NCBI GenBank assembly: GCA_024402715.1
Contig: JAKSTF010000002.1
Coordinates: 14,230-78,229, forward strand
Length of the DNA stretch: 64,000 nt
Source: Alphaproteobacteria bacterium
GTDB lineage: Bacteria; Pseudomonadota; Alphaproteobacteria; Rs-D84
Direction of reading: 5' to 3'
The notes under the pieces were generated by a model. The model was not told the origin of the DNA. It ran no database searches and saw only the letters and a program-made list of their open reading frames with translations. A program made the position numbers and the translations under genes. Within the stretch, counting starts at the first letter, position 1, and every line of letters starts with the position of its first letter. Below, in pieces: positions 8,279-19,082 of this stretch.

Positions 8279-10837
8279 GTGGCTGATAAAAGCAAATTAA
8301 GCCCGGTTATGCAACAATACGTTGATATGAAGGCTGAAAATCCCGATGCATTGTTAATGTTTCGTTTGGGGGATTTTTATGAATCTTTTTTTGAAGATGC
8401 AAAAATGATTAGCTCTGCCTTGGGGCTGGTTTTAACACAACGGGGGACAGATGCAGATGGTGAAAATATACCGATGTGCGGGATCCCGTGGCATGCGGCG
8501 GATAATTATTTTGGTCGTTTGGTACGTTCTGGGTTTAATGTTGCGCTGGTTGAACAAATGGAAACACCAGCACAGGCCAAAGAGCGTGGACATAAATTTA
8601 TTGATCGTCAGGTTGTTCGTGTTTTGACCCCTGGGACGTTGACAGATGAAAATTTATTAAGCCCCAAAAAATCAAATTTTTTGGTTTCGGTTGTAGAAAT
8701 GTCAGGTGGAATATTTGATATTGCCGGGTGTGATATATCTACGGGTGAATTTTTTATCGGAAAAACAGCAGATATATTAGATGATTTGGTTCGTATTAAT
8801 CCGGCTGAGGTTATTTATCCGGAATCATGTGCCGAAGATGAAACAATGTTGCATTTGCGTGATATTTTTAAAACAACACCAGTGTATGAAAAATTATATC
8901 GGCGTGCAGATATTGAACAAATTATTGCGCGTGTATTTGCAGGGGCGGTCAATTCTGATGATTTTGCAGTGGATACAGAAAATGCAATTGCAATGTTGGC
9001 TGGATATTTGTCTAATACACAACGTGATGCGTTGATTACATTTCGTGCCCCATATGTGTATAAATCAGGGCGCCAATTATTGATAGATTCTGCCACATGG
9101 CGCAGTCTTGAAATAGATTCACCAATTAATGATGGTGGTGTTTGCCTGATAGATGTTTTGGATAATACAAAAACAGCGGCTGGGGCACGACGATTGCGTT
9201 CTTATTTGCGATCACTATCTGGTGATTGTGTTGAAATACATCGTCGTCAGGAACATATAAATCATTTGTTATCAAATCTAACAGTAATGGATTTGGTTGG
9301 TAATAATTTATCATCTGTTCCTGATGTCGGACGTGCATTAAGTCGTTTGTTGTCTGGACGTGGAACACCGCGTGATATGCGTAATGTTGGTGATTTTATT
9401 GGAAAATTGCCACAAATAAAGATGTTGGGAATGCGGTTGGATTCTGATTTGACAGTACAATTTGAAAAGATACAAACGCATGATGAATTGGGGTTGATAA
9501 TGCAACGGGCATTATCGGACAGTTTGCCTACATTTTTCCGTGATGGTGGTGTTATACGCGAAGGATTTGATTTGGCATTGGATAATATGCGTGGTTTGGC
9601 ACATGGCGCCAAAGAAACAATCGCAGGAATGCAGGCAGAATATGTTACAAATACTGGAATTAGTACATTAAAAATAAAATATAACAATATTTTGGGATAT
9701 TTTATAGAAGTTCCCAGCAGTCGTGCGGATGCATTAATGGCACCTGAATCAGGATTTATACATCGACAAACGTTAACTGGAAATGTACGTTTTACAACAT
9801 CTAAATTGATAGATTTGGATAACGATGTTCGCAGTGCTGCAGAAAAGTCTGCCGCAATAGAAGGGGAAATTATCAATGGATTAATTGAACGGATTCGTTT
9901 GGTTGCTGATGATTTGTTAAACAATGCCGAATTATTGGCGGATCTTGATGTATGGTATTCTTTGGCAGTTACGGCCGATAAATATGGATGGATTTGTCCA
10001 ACGATTACGGATGATTATCAATTTAATGTTGTTGGTGGACGGCATCCTGTAATAGAATCGGTTTTGCGTCCACGTGGTGATAATTTTGTAAAAAATGATT
10101 GCAATTTAAATGATAAATCAATTGCATTATTAACTGGACCGAATATGGCGGGTAAATCAACATATTTACGTCAAAATGCAATTTTGGTCGTCTTGGCCCA
10201 TTTGGGATCGTTTGTTCCTGCAAACAGTGCTACGATTGGTGTATGCGATCAGTTATTTAGTCGTGTTGGTGCATCGGACAATTTGGCCGCAGGACAATCT
10301 ACGTTTATGGTGGAAATGAGTGAAACTGCCAATATTTTACGGCGTGCAACACAAAGGTCGTTCATTATATTTGATGAAATTGGTCGGGGAACGGCAACAT
10401 ATGATGGTATGGCGATTGCACAGGCTGTGTTAGAATATTTGGATGGTATGCATCCGCGTACATTATTTGCAACACATTATCATGAATTGACCACGTTGGC
10501 AAATGCATATACTGGTACATTGAATAATGTTGCATGTTTAACAATTGATGTGCGTGAACATAATAATGAAATTGTGTTTATGCATAAAATTGTTCCCGGT
10601 GTTGCGAATCGGTCTTATGGTATTCATGTTGCACAAATGGCGGGGATGCCGGATTCTGTTGTGGCACGGGCAGAAAGTGTTTTGCAAGGTTTAGAATCAG
10701 CTAAAAATCATGTTGCAGCAACGGTTAATAATGATTATGTTGAAAAAAAAGAAACTGAAATAAAAACGACCACGGTGATTGGTGTAAAAGATAAAAAATC
10801 AAAAATAAATACGGGGCAATTAAATTTATTTGGATAA
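8279..10837 (+). CDS. mutS: DNA mismatch repair protein MutS (GTG start)
   Basis: 852 aa with N-terminal mismatch-binding motif (PVMQQY...FRLGDFYE), Walker A GPNMAGKST, DEIGRGT, and a C-terminal helix-turn-helix region. Confidence 0.95.
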   Translation: MADKSKLSPVMQQYVDMKAENPDALLMFRLGDFYESFFEDAKMISSALGLVLTQRGTDADGENIPMCGIPWHAADNYFGRLVRSGFNVALVEQMETPAQAKERGHKFIDRQVVRVLTPGTLTDENLLSPKKSNFLVSVVEMSGGIFDIAGCDISTGEFFIGKTADILDDLVRINPAEVIYPESCAEDETMLHLRDIFKTTPVYEKLYRRADIEQIIARVFAGAVNSDDFAVDTENAIAMLAGYLSNTQRDALITFRAPYVYKSGRQLLIDSATWRSLEIDSPINDGGVCLIDVLDNTKTAAGARRLRSYLRSLSGDCVEIHRRQEHINHLLSNLTVMDLVGNNLSSVPDVGRALSRLLSGRGTPRDMRNVGDFIGKLPQIKMLGMRLDSDLTVQFEKIQTHDELGLIMQRALSDSLPTFFRDGGVIREGFDLALDNMRGLAHGAKETIAGMQAEYVTNTGISTLKIKYNNILGYFIEVPSSRADALMAPESGFIHRQTLTGNVRFTTSKLIDLDNDVRSAAEKSAAIEGEIINGLIERIRLVADDLLNNAELLADLDVWYSLAVTADKYGWICPTITDDYQFNVVGGRHPVIESVLRPRGDNFVKNDCNLNDKSIALLTGPNMAGKSTYLRQNAILVVLAHLGSFVPANSATIGVCDQLFSRVGASDNLAAGQSTFMVEMSETANILRRATQRSFIIFDEIGRGTATYDGMAIAQAVLEYLDGMHPRTLFATHYHELTTLANAYTGTLNNVACLTIDVREHNNEIVFMHKIVPGVANRSYGIHVAQMAGMPDSVVARAESVLQGLESAKNHVAATVNNDYVEKKETEIKTTTVIGVKDKKSKINTGQLNLFG

Positions 10838-10838
10838 A

Positions 10839-11714
10839 ATGGCATCGGGATGGGTTGTTTTAGATAAAGATTCAGGGGTGTTTTCACGAACGGCCGGTGG
10901 TCGTGTTGCACGTTTATTTGGTCAAAAAACGTTTGGACATATTGGAACATTGGATCCGATGGCATCTGGGGTTTTGGCAATTGCGGTTGGTGATGCCACA
11001 AAAATGATACCATTTGTTGAAAATATAAATGGTGCCGACGTCAAAGAATATTTATTTTCTGTTCAATTTGGTTTTTTAACAGATACGTTGGATATAATGG
11101 GACGCCAAACGGCACGTGATAATTTTGTGCCACGTGTTGCGGATGTTGTTGGTGTATTACCCAGATTTTTAGGGGATGTTTTGCAAATCCCACCAATATA
11201 CAGTGCGATTCATGTTAATGGCACACGCGCATATCAAATGGCATTATCTGGTAAAATACCGCAAATGCAACCACGATCAGTTCATATTTATGAATTGGAA
11301 TTTTTGGGAATATCTGGTCATTCGTGGAATTTTAAAACCAGATGTAGTCGTGGAACATATGTTCGCAGCCTGGGGCGTGATATTGCCGCAATGTGTGGTG
11401 CAATGGGGACGGTTGATATGATACGCCGCGAAAAATCTGGAATTTTTGATATAGAAAATGCCGTAAAACTTGATTTTTTGGAAAAATTGGTTAATAATGG
11501 CGATAATTTCAAGGATTACTTGAAATCGATTGATTTTGGACTGGGGGACATTCCGGTTCTGAATCTGGATGATAAGGCGGCGCATCTATACAAAAATGGT
11601 GGCTTTATCGATGTTAACGGTGCAAACGGTGTCAGACGCGTTTATTCTGATGATGTATTCATTGGAATTGGAATTGTGCTTGATGATGTATTGCGACCAA
11701 AGCGAACAATTTAA
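10839..11714 (+). CDS. truB: tRNA pseudouridine-55 synthase TruB
   Basis: The GHIGTLDPMASGVL catalytic Asp motif. ATG at 10839 lies just after the mutS stop; the ORF-track start at 10830 is a TTG overlapping mutS. Confidence 0.9.
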   Translation: MASGWVVLDKDSGVFSRTAGGRVARLFGQKTFGHIGTLDPMASGVLAIAVGDATKMIPFVENINGADVKEYLFSVQFGFLTDTLDIMGRQTARDNFVPRVADVVGVLPRFLGDVLQIPPIYSAIHVNGTRAYQMALSGKIPQMQPRSVHIYELEFLGISGHSWNFKTRCSRGTYVRSLGRDIAAMCGAMGTVDMIRREKSGIFDIENAVKLDFLEKLVNNGDNFKDYLKSIDFGLGDIPVLNLDDKAAHLYKNGGFIDVNGANGVRRVYSDDVFIGIGIVLDDVLRPKRTI

Positions 11715-11733
11715 AAAAACAAAAGGAAATAAA

Positions 11734-12006
11734 ATGTCCGTTACAAAAGAAAAAAAGACAGAATTAATTAATGCGTTTAAAACAACTGAAAAAGATAACG
11801 GTGGTTCTGCCGCTGCTCAGGTTGCTGTTTTAACAGAACGTATTCGTAATTTAACAGAACATATGAAAAATAATCACAAAGACCAACATTCAAAACGTGG
11901 TCTGTTGTTGATGGTCAATCGTCGTAAAAAACTGTTGGCATACATCAAGAATAATGATGTTGATGAATACGAAGAATTAATTAAGAAATTAGGTCTGCGT
12001 AAATAA
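11734..12006 (+). CDS. rpsO: 30S ribosomal protein S15
   Basis: 90 aa: MSVTKEKKTELINAFK...QVAVLTERIRNLTEHMKNNHKDQHSKRGLLLMVNRRKKLLAY. AAGGAAA SD before the ATG at 11734. Confidence 0.95.
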   Translation: MSVTKEKKTELINAFKTTEKDNGGSAAAQVAVLTERIRNLTEHMKNNHKDQHSKRGLLLMVNRRKKLLAYIKNNDVDEYEELIKKLGLRK

Positions 12007-12010
12007 TAAA

Positions 12011-12033
12011 AACCGCCAATTGGCGGTTTTTTT
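12011..12033 (+). terminator. rho-independent terminator after rpsO
   Basis: aaccgcc-aat-tggcggtt followed by T7. Confidence 0.75.
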
Positions 12034-12078
12034 CTGTATTTGATATTTTGTCTTTGTCAACGTAAGCCCGGGGGTGTT

Positions 12079-12588
12079 TTACTCAGAATAAATTGACATA
12101 AATAATCCATCCTTATCGGCAGGTCCAATTACATTTAGGCGTCCTTTATCTAAAAATCCGGCCAGCCCTGCGGATGCCTTGAAAATATAAACGTTTTGTG
12201 TGTCTGCTATTAAATCATTAATATCCATTTTTGTTCCATCGTTATAAACCAAATGATGATTTGCGGCGGTTTTTGGTTTGTTTTTTTGTGTCAACAGCTC
12301 ATCTGTTGCAGGGCAACGATATAATAAATTTTTATTGGCAATATCGGTATTGCGTTTGGCTATATCTCTTTCACAATCTTCGGGTGTTTTAACCTGTGAC
12401 ATACATCTGGCAAAATCATCGGGTAAACCAGAAAAATCGTCTTTGCAAATTTGTTCTGTTTTACAAAATGATACATTATACGTACCAACCTCGTGACCAA
12501 TCTGTTCGCAATTGGATAAATCAATTGCGGCAAACGCATCAAATGAAATAAAAAATATGCCAAGCATATAATAAATATATTTAAACAT
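12079..12588 (-). CDS. hypothetical secreted protein (6 Cys)
   Basis: Signal peptide MFKYIYYMLGIFFISFDAFA from the ATG at complement 12588, with GGAGAGAA SD. No recognised domain. Confidence 0.5.
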   Translation of the reverse strand: MFKYIYYMLGIFFISFDAFAAIDLSNCEQIGHEVGTYNVSFCKTEQICKDDFSGLPDDFARCMSQVKTPEDCERDIAKRNTDIANKNLLYRCPATDELLTQKNKPKTAANHHLVYNDGTKMDINDLIADTQNVYIFKASAGLAGFLDKGRLNVIGPADKDGLFMSIYSE

Positions 12589-12792
12589 TTTTCTCTCCTT
12601 TTTTACGATGTAAATTATAGCAAAAAAATCGATTGAAAAGATATAAAACAAAGCACTTTGTTAAGGGTAAACATTATAATAATTGTTTTTAAATTGTGAA
12701 AAATACGAATTTTTAAAAGTTTTTTGCGGCAATGGATTCTGGTTAATGTGTGATAATATATTGTATTTATTTGATATTAAATGTTTTGCGAT

Positions 12793-12816
12793 AAAAAACG
12801 GGCGTCAGCCCGTTTT
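12793..12816 (-). terminator. rho-independent terminator after accC
   Basis: acgggc-gtca-gcccgt flanked by A6/T6, abutting the accC stop. Confidence 0.7.
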
Positions 12817-14205
12817 TTATTCATTGCCTTCAGTTTGATCATTACTTGATGGCTGATCAACAGGTTGTTTTAAATAATTTTCTAACCAATGATTGTCAAA
12901 ACGCAATGTTTTTACATCATAATTATCCAACAGACGTTGTTGCAAAGGAATGGTCGTTTTTATGCCTTCGATTACAAATTCATCCAACGCACGTTTTGCA
13001 CGCATTATGCATGCGGTTCTGTTTTGGGCGTAAACGATCAATTTTGCAATCATAGAATCATAGGTTGGTGGAATTTCATAACCTGTATAAACCGCACTGT
13101 CAACACGAACACCCAGTCCACCAGATGGGGCATATAATGTAATTTTACCTGGATTAGGGATAAATGTTTCCGGATCTTCAGCATTTATCCGAAATTCAAT
13201 TGCGTGACCATGTGGAATAACATTTGACTGTGTGTAACCTAATTGCTCACCCGCGGCGATGCGAATTTGTTCACGAACCAAATCAACACCATATACCATT
13301 TCGGTTACAGGATGTTCTACCTGCAAACGGGTATTCATTTCCAGAAAATAGAATTTACCATCTTCAAACATAAATTCAAACGTTCCAGCGTTCATATAAC
13401 CCATTTTTTTAGCCGCATTTTTACATATTTCGATCATATCATCGCGTTGTTTTTGGGTTAATGCTGCTGCGGGGCATTCTTCCATAACTTTTTGGTTTTT
13501 ACGTTGCAACGAGCAATCGCGTTCACCGAATATTACAACGTTGCCATGTTGATCACCTAAAACCTGAAATTCGATGTGACGCGGATGTAATAACAATTTT
13601 TCCATGTATAACGTATCGTCACCAAAACCCGAACGTGCTTCGTTCTTGGTAATTTGGAACGCGGCTGCCATTTCATCAGCGGACATTATTGGACGCATAC
13701 CACGTCCGCCACCACCCGCAGATGCCTTTAACATTACAGGATATCCAATTTGTTCTGCACATTTTAATGCATCTTCGATTGTTTCAACCGCACCATCAGA
13801 ACCAGGAACAACCGGCAAACCGCATTCAATTGCGGTGCGTTTTGCATTAACCTTATCACCCATTTTTATAATCATTTCTGGTGATGGACCAATCCAAATC
13901 ATTCCATGGCTTTGAACCTTTTGTGCAAAATCTGCACGTTCAGATAAAAAACCATAACCCGGGTGGATTGCGTCTGCATTTGCTAACAATGCAGCGGTTA
14001 ATATTGCAGATTCATTTAAATATGAATCCTTTGAGGGGCCTGGCCCAATGCAAACCGATTCGTCAGCCAATTGAACGTGCAGGGCATTTTTATCAACAGT
14101 TGAATAAACTGCAACGGTTCTGATACCCATATCGCGGCACGCACGAATTATTCGCAATGCAATTTCGCCACGATTGGCAATCAATACTTTTTTTATTTGT
14201 GACAT
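12817..14205 (-). CDS. accC: acetyl-CoA carboxylase biotin carboxylase subunit
   Basis: KKVLIANRGEIALRIIRAC N-terminus, an ATP-grasp glycine loop, and LEMNTRLQVEHPVTE. The ATG at complement 14205 is preferred over the TTG at 14223. Confidence 0.95.
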   Translation of the reverse strand: MSQIKKVLIANRGEIALRIIRACRDMGIRTVAVYSTVDKNALHVQLADESVCIGPGPSKDSYLNESAILTAALLANADAIHPGYGFLSERADFAQKVQSHGMIWIGPSPEMIIKMGDKVNAKRTAIECGLPVVPGSDGAVETIEDALKCAEQIGYPVMLKASAGGGGRGMRPIMSADEMAAAFQITKNEARSGFGDDTLYMEKLLLHPRHIEFQVLGDQHGNVVIFGERDCSLQRKNQKVMEECPAAALTQKQRDDMIEICKNAAKKMGYMNAGTFEFMFEDGKFYFLEMNTRLQVEHPVTEMVYGVDLVREQIRIAAGEQLGYTQSNVIPHGHAIEFRINAEDPETFIPNPGKITLYAPSGGLGVRVDSAVYTGYEIPPTYDSMIAKLIVYAQNRTACIMRAKRALDEFVIEGIKTTIPLQQRLLDNYDVKTLRFDNHWLENYLKQPVDQPSSNDQTEGNE

Positions 14206-14215
14206 AGTATTCTTT

Positions 14216-14668
14216 TTATTCAATTACAATAATTGGTTGATCGAATTCAACAGCCTGACCGTCTGAAACTAAAATTTCACGGACGGTACCATCTTTGTCA
14301 GACTTAATAGGATTAAATGTTTTCATTGCTTCGATCAATGCAATTGTATCGCCAGATTTTACCTGAGAACCAACCGTAACAAATGGTTTTGAACCAGGTT
14401 CTGGTGCCAAATATGCAACACCAACCATTGGTGATTTTAATGTGTGACCAGATGCCTGAACAGATACGGCTTGTGTATTTTTTACAGTTGTGGCTTCGGT
14501 TGATATTGGGGTACATGCCGCAGGCGCTACAACGGTTCCCTGTAATTTAGATAAATGTATGTGTTTGCGGTATACACCAAACAAAAATTGACGTTCTAAT
14601 TCTAATTCTGTTATCCCCATTTCATCCATAATCTTTGACATGGATTCTACGTTTGAACGAAAAGACAT
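14216..14668 (-). CDS. accB: biotin carboxyl carrier protein
   Basis: C-terminal lipoyl/biotinyl domain with the EAMK biotinylation motif (LIEAMKTFNPI). Confidence 0.9.
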   Translation of the reverse strand: MSFRSNVESMSKIMDEMGITELELERQFLFGVYRKHIHLSKLQGTVVAPAACTPISTEATTVKNTQAVSVQASGHTLKSPMVGVAYLAPEPGSKPFVTVGSQVKSGDTIALIEAMKTFNPIKSDKDGTVREILVSDGQAVEFDQPIIVIE

Positions 14669-14731
14669 AATAAAAATCCTTTTATAAAATTAATCCTTTG
14701 CCCCAAAATTTTATCATAATCATTGCATATG

Positions 14732-14980
14732 TCAAGGGACAGGGTCATAACCATAACCACCACCAGGTCTGCAGCGTGTGATGCGACGTATGGCCATTAA
14801 GCATCCACGTAAAACACCATGTTTTTCAATTGCCTGTATTGCATATGTACTGCAACTGGGGGTAAAACGACACGTCGCACGCCCTCCAATTATCGGCGAA
14901 ACGACTTTTTGATACAGACGTATCATGGTGGTAATTGCATAAATTGGAATGTTTTTATTGATTTGTGGTATCTTTGTCAT
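14732..14980 (-). CDS. yidD: membrane protein insertion efficiency factor YidD
   Basis: 82 aa with the YQKVVSP...CRFTPSCSTYA..AI.KHG motif. Confidence 0.85.
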   Translation of the reverse strand: MTKIPQINKNIPIYAITTMIRLYQKVVSPIIGGRATCRFTPSCSTYAIQAIEKHGVLRGCLMAIRRITRCRPGGGYGYDPVP

Positions 14981-15314
14981 TTTTTATTGTTGCCATGATA
15001 TATCGTAATGCCTTGGACATGGCGGTTATACCATCTGTCAATGTGGCATCCAAGATTGGTTGACGCGCAATAAAAATATAGTCCATGTCAGAGATCAAAA
15101 AATTTTCGTTTTTTGCAATCCAAACACGCAACAACCGTTTTGCCCGATTTCGATCAACCGCATGTTTGAAGGTTCGTTTTGTCGCAATCAAGCCAAAGCG
15201 GGGATCTTTTTGATATTTTGCGCTTTTTGTACGGATGATAAAGAAAGCATTGCGCGCGACGGGGGTGTCGTCTGGGGTTAAAAAATCTTGATGCTTTTTA
15301 ATCGTATTTCTCAT
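14955..15314 (-). CDS. rnpA: ribonuclease P protein component
   Basis: 119 aa, basic, with GLIATKRTFKHAVDRNRAKRLLR (RNR motif). Overlaps yidD by 26 nt. Confidence 0.85.
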   Translation of the reverse strand: MRNTIKKHQDFLTPDDTPVARNAFFIIRTKSAKYQKDPRFGLIATKRTFKHAVDRNRAKRLLRVWIAKNENFLISDMDYIFIARQPILDATLTDGITAMSKALRYIMATIKNDKDTTNQ

Positions 15315-15432
15315 ACCGCTTATAATAACACAATATTATTGAAATCAAATAAAAAAGCAAAAATGGTTGTTTTTTTGTATTTAGGGTGCTTGATTTTTTT
15401 ATATGAAGTTTATATACTGGAATCGAAATTGA

Positions 15433-16503
<1,071 letters not shown>

Positions 16504-16775
16504 CAGAAATGCTTTATCAGAATATTATCCAAAAAAAATGGTGTAATAAATGCTCTCGGTGTTTCGCCGGGGGTATTTTTATGTTTAATGAAATATACAA
16601 AGATGAAAAAATTGTAATGTATATTTTTTTATGGGAAATATTCAAATTCTACCTTTATAATTTTTTACTATCGGCTGTTATTTTTTATACTTTGTGTGAA
16701 TTTGGAATCAAACTTAATGACATTTGTTTTTTTTGTACGAATATAGATAAATCTAATGCTAATGCATAATGGTGG

Positions 16776-18983
16776 TTAGCTGCTTTTTACACATTTATTT
16801 TCGCTTGTTAATGTATAACCAGTGTTGCATTGGCATTTTTTGTTAGTTGAATTGTAAGTTGAATTTTCTGGGCATTTTACACATTTACCTTCGCTTAACA
16901 TATAGTTAGTGTTGCAGTCACACGTGAGGCTAGTTGAATTGAATGTTGAATTTTCTGGGCATAACAGAGATTGATAGAACATCTCAGAAATAGTTCCTAT
17001 GCATGTATCTTTTTGGTTGTCGTCGGTGGGACATGACTTTTCGTCGCCATAGAAAACCGCATACGCACATGTTAATGCAACATTTCGGCATGCCCCCTTC
17101 ATAATATTATATACACTGGATGTGGATGCCGTGTTGGACCATGTATTAACCTGGGTAACCTGTTGGTTATAACAATTTGCAACGTCGGTCATGCAACTGG
17201 ATGCATAATCTGAAACGATTTTTCGTTGCTGGGCACGAATATTTGTTAATGCCCGTTGAATATAATTTACAACAACATCATTATACTGATTATATGTATC
17301 ATCGGTATATGTATAACGTTGGCATTTATCCAAAACCGCACGACATAATCCCGAATCTGTACCGGTTGATTTTGCCCCGGTTCCAATTTTTTGTAACAGA
17401 TATTTTGTAATTAATTTCCCGTCGTCATTTGTAGTATCTGTTTCTGTTTTAGCACTTTCTAAAAAACTTTGATTGATTTTGCTGTTGTCATAGTCGTTCG
17501 TAAAGTTTATTACGTTTGAAATATTCTGACCTAAAATAACCTTGCCATTTTCGTCTATGTACTTTTTTGTCGGATCTAAACAATTTATATAGTCTTCACC
17601 GCATACCATATCATCAATCATACAATTATCCAACGCAGCGATACACCCCTTGGCATCATATGCATTTTTATTTTCCAATAATGCCAAACGGGCCTTTTGC
17701 AACATTAAATTTGCACTGCGGACATTGGATATCAGGCCTTCGTTCATTTTCTTTAAGCCCTGTTCGTATGCTATGCAATCCTTATCAATTGCCAAATCAT
17801 AATTACCGGTTATTTGTTTTGATGTTGCCCCAACATTTACACATTGTGTTAATACCGTATTACAACGTTTTTTTGCCGCATTATATAATTCGGTTCCGCG
17901 TAAATTGGAAATACTGTTACTGGTGCTGTTACCTAAAAAGTCTAAATTAAATATATCCGCCGAATCAGATGAAAAATTTAAATCCATATCCAACCCAAAC
18001 GATGTATCACTGGAATATGATGTGGAACTGGTTGGGTCTTTGATTAAATCTTCGATTTCGGTCAACATATTACGTGTTGTAGTATTGTCTTTATTTTTAT
18101 CCAATGCCAATTCAGCCTCGGTCGCATTCATAATTGCACGGATTTCATCAGCCGACAGGCCAACATAACGTATACGTTGGGCAACTTCGTTCAATTCAGC
18201 ATTTGCATCCTTAACTGCGGTTTCAACGCGGGTGTATCGTGATAAATTTCCAGAACAAGAACACCGTTTTTGATTTTGGTCAACAACCGCACAAAACTGA
18301 TCCATACATTCATTATATTGTTCTTGGCATGATTTATTTAAATCAGCGGTTTGTTCCAGACGTTCTTTGGCCTCTTTTATTGATTCTGGGGTTTGGTTGA
18401 CTGCTGCACGTGTAGAAATATTGCGAATTTCTTTATCTATGTTGGAACCGGTTTGAATGTTTGTTCCTGCAATTGTTGCACGACCGCCTACCTCAGCTGT
18501 GGTGGGACGCAGCGTTAATCCAGCCCGACGAACCGCAGGATTATTGTTGATACTGGCCTCGGTAACACGGCTGTTCCGACCAACTGTATTAACCGCAGCA
18601 TCCAAGCCAGTACGTTCATTTGAATTTTGTCCCGTTATTCCAGCACGCGATGCAGTTGACCCCGATCGGGTGGCAACGGTACCGTCGCGTTGTGTGTTGG
18701 TATTGACGTTTGATACACGTGTGCTACTGCGGGTAATTGTTTGTTTATCAACTTGCGGTGATTGTGTTATCGCACGGGCTGCAACGCGCGATGCGTTTGG
18801 TTGCATTTGATTATTTGATACAGTTCGTGCTGTAATATTCTGTGATGATTGTGCGGCCGTATGAATGTTATCATTTGATTGGTTTGTTGGTATTACGCGC
18901 GAAACCGACACCCCTCCATCAACGCCAAATGCGGATGGAACAGACAATGTGATTGCCGATAAAATCGTCACAAATTTTTTCAT
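16776..18983 (-). CDS. large secreted Cys-rich protein, paralog A (function unknown)
   Basis: 735 aa with signal peptide MKKFVTILSAITLSVPSAFG, an R/S/T/N-rich tract (about res 25-195), C-x6-C-x4-C-x9-C-x-C at res 219-243, many further C-x6-C units, and two EGF-like 29-aa repeats at the C-terminus. Confidence 0.8.
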   Translation of the reverse strand: MKKFVTILSAITLSVPSAFGVDGGVSVSRVIPTNQSNDNIHTAAQSSQNITARTVSNNQMQPNASRVAARAITQSPQVDKQTITRSSTRVSNVNTNTQRDGTVATRSGSTASRAGITGQNSNERTGLDAAVNTVGRNSRVTEASINNNPAVRRAGLTLRPTTAEVGGRATIAGTNIQTGSNIDKEIRNISTRAAVNQTPESIKEAKERLEQTADLNKSCQEQYNECMDQFCAVVDQNQKRCSCSGNLSRYTRVETAVKDANAELNEVAQRIRYVGLSADEIRAIMNATEAELALDKNKDNTTTRNMLTEIEDLIKDPTSSTSYSSDTSFGLDMDLNFSSDSADIFNLDFLGNSTSNSISNLRGTELYNAAKKRCNTVLTQCVNVGATSKQITGNYDLAIDKDCIAYEQGLKKMNEGLISNVRSANLMLQKARLALLENKNAYDAKGCIAALDNCMIDDMVCGEDYINCLDPTKKYIDENGKVILGQNISNVINFTNDYDNSKINQSFLESAKTETDTTNDDGKLITKYLLQKIGTGAKSTGTDSGLCRAVLDKCQRYTYTDDTYNQYNDVVVNYIQRALTNIRAQQRKIVSDYASSCMTDVANCYNQQVTQVNTWSNTASTSSVYNIMKGACRNVALTCAYAVFYGDEKSCPTDDNQKDTCIGTISEMFYQSLLCPENSTFNSTSLTCDCNTNYMLSEGKCVKCPENSTYNSTNKKCQCNTGYTLTSENKCVKSS

Positions 18984-19045
18984 TACTGTTCCACAATTAT
19001 ACCATATTAGGCATATTGATAAAAGATTAAAATGAATAAAAACAA

Positions 19046-19073
19046 TAAAAAACCGCCATATCAGTAATGGCGG
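19046..19073 (-). terminator. rho-independent terminator between 19083..20345 and paralog A
   Basis: accgccat-atcagta-atggcggt with the plus-strand A run giving a minus-strand U-run. Confidence 0.65.
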
Positions 19074-19082
19074 TGTATAACG

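Noticed and set aside
16509-16769. An 86-aa ORF after mreB, and a 61-aa ORF at 21412..21597.
   Set aside because: Both are extremely AT-rich with Phe/Ile/Lys/Asn-dominated translations and no SD. They overlap terminator or rRNA-promoter upstream regions, so they are most likely non-coding.
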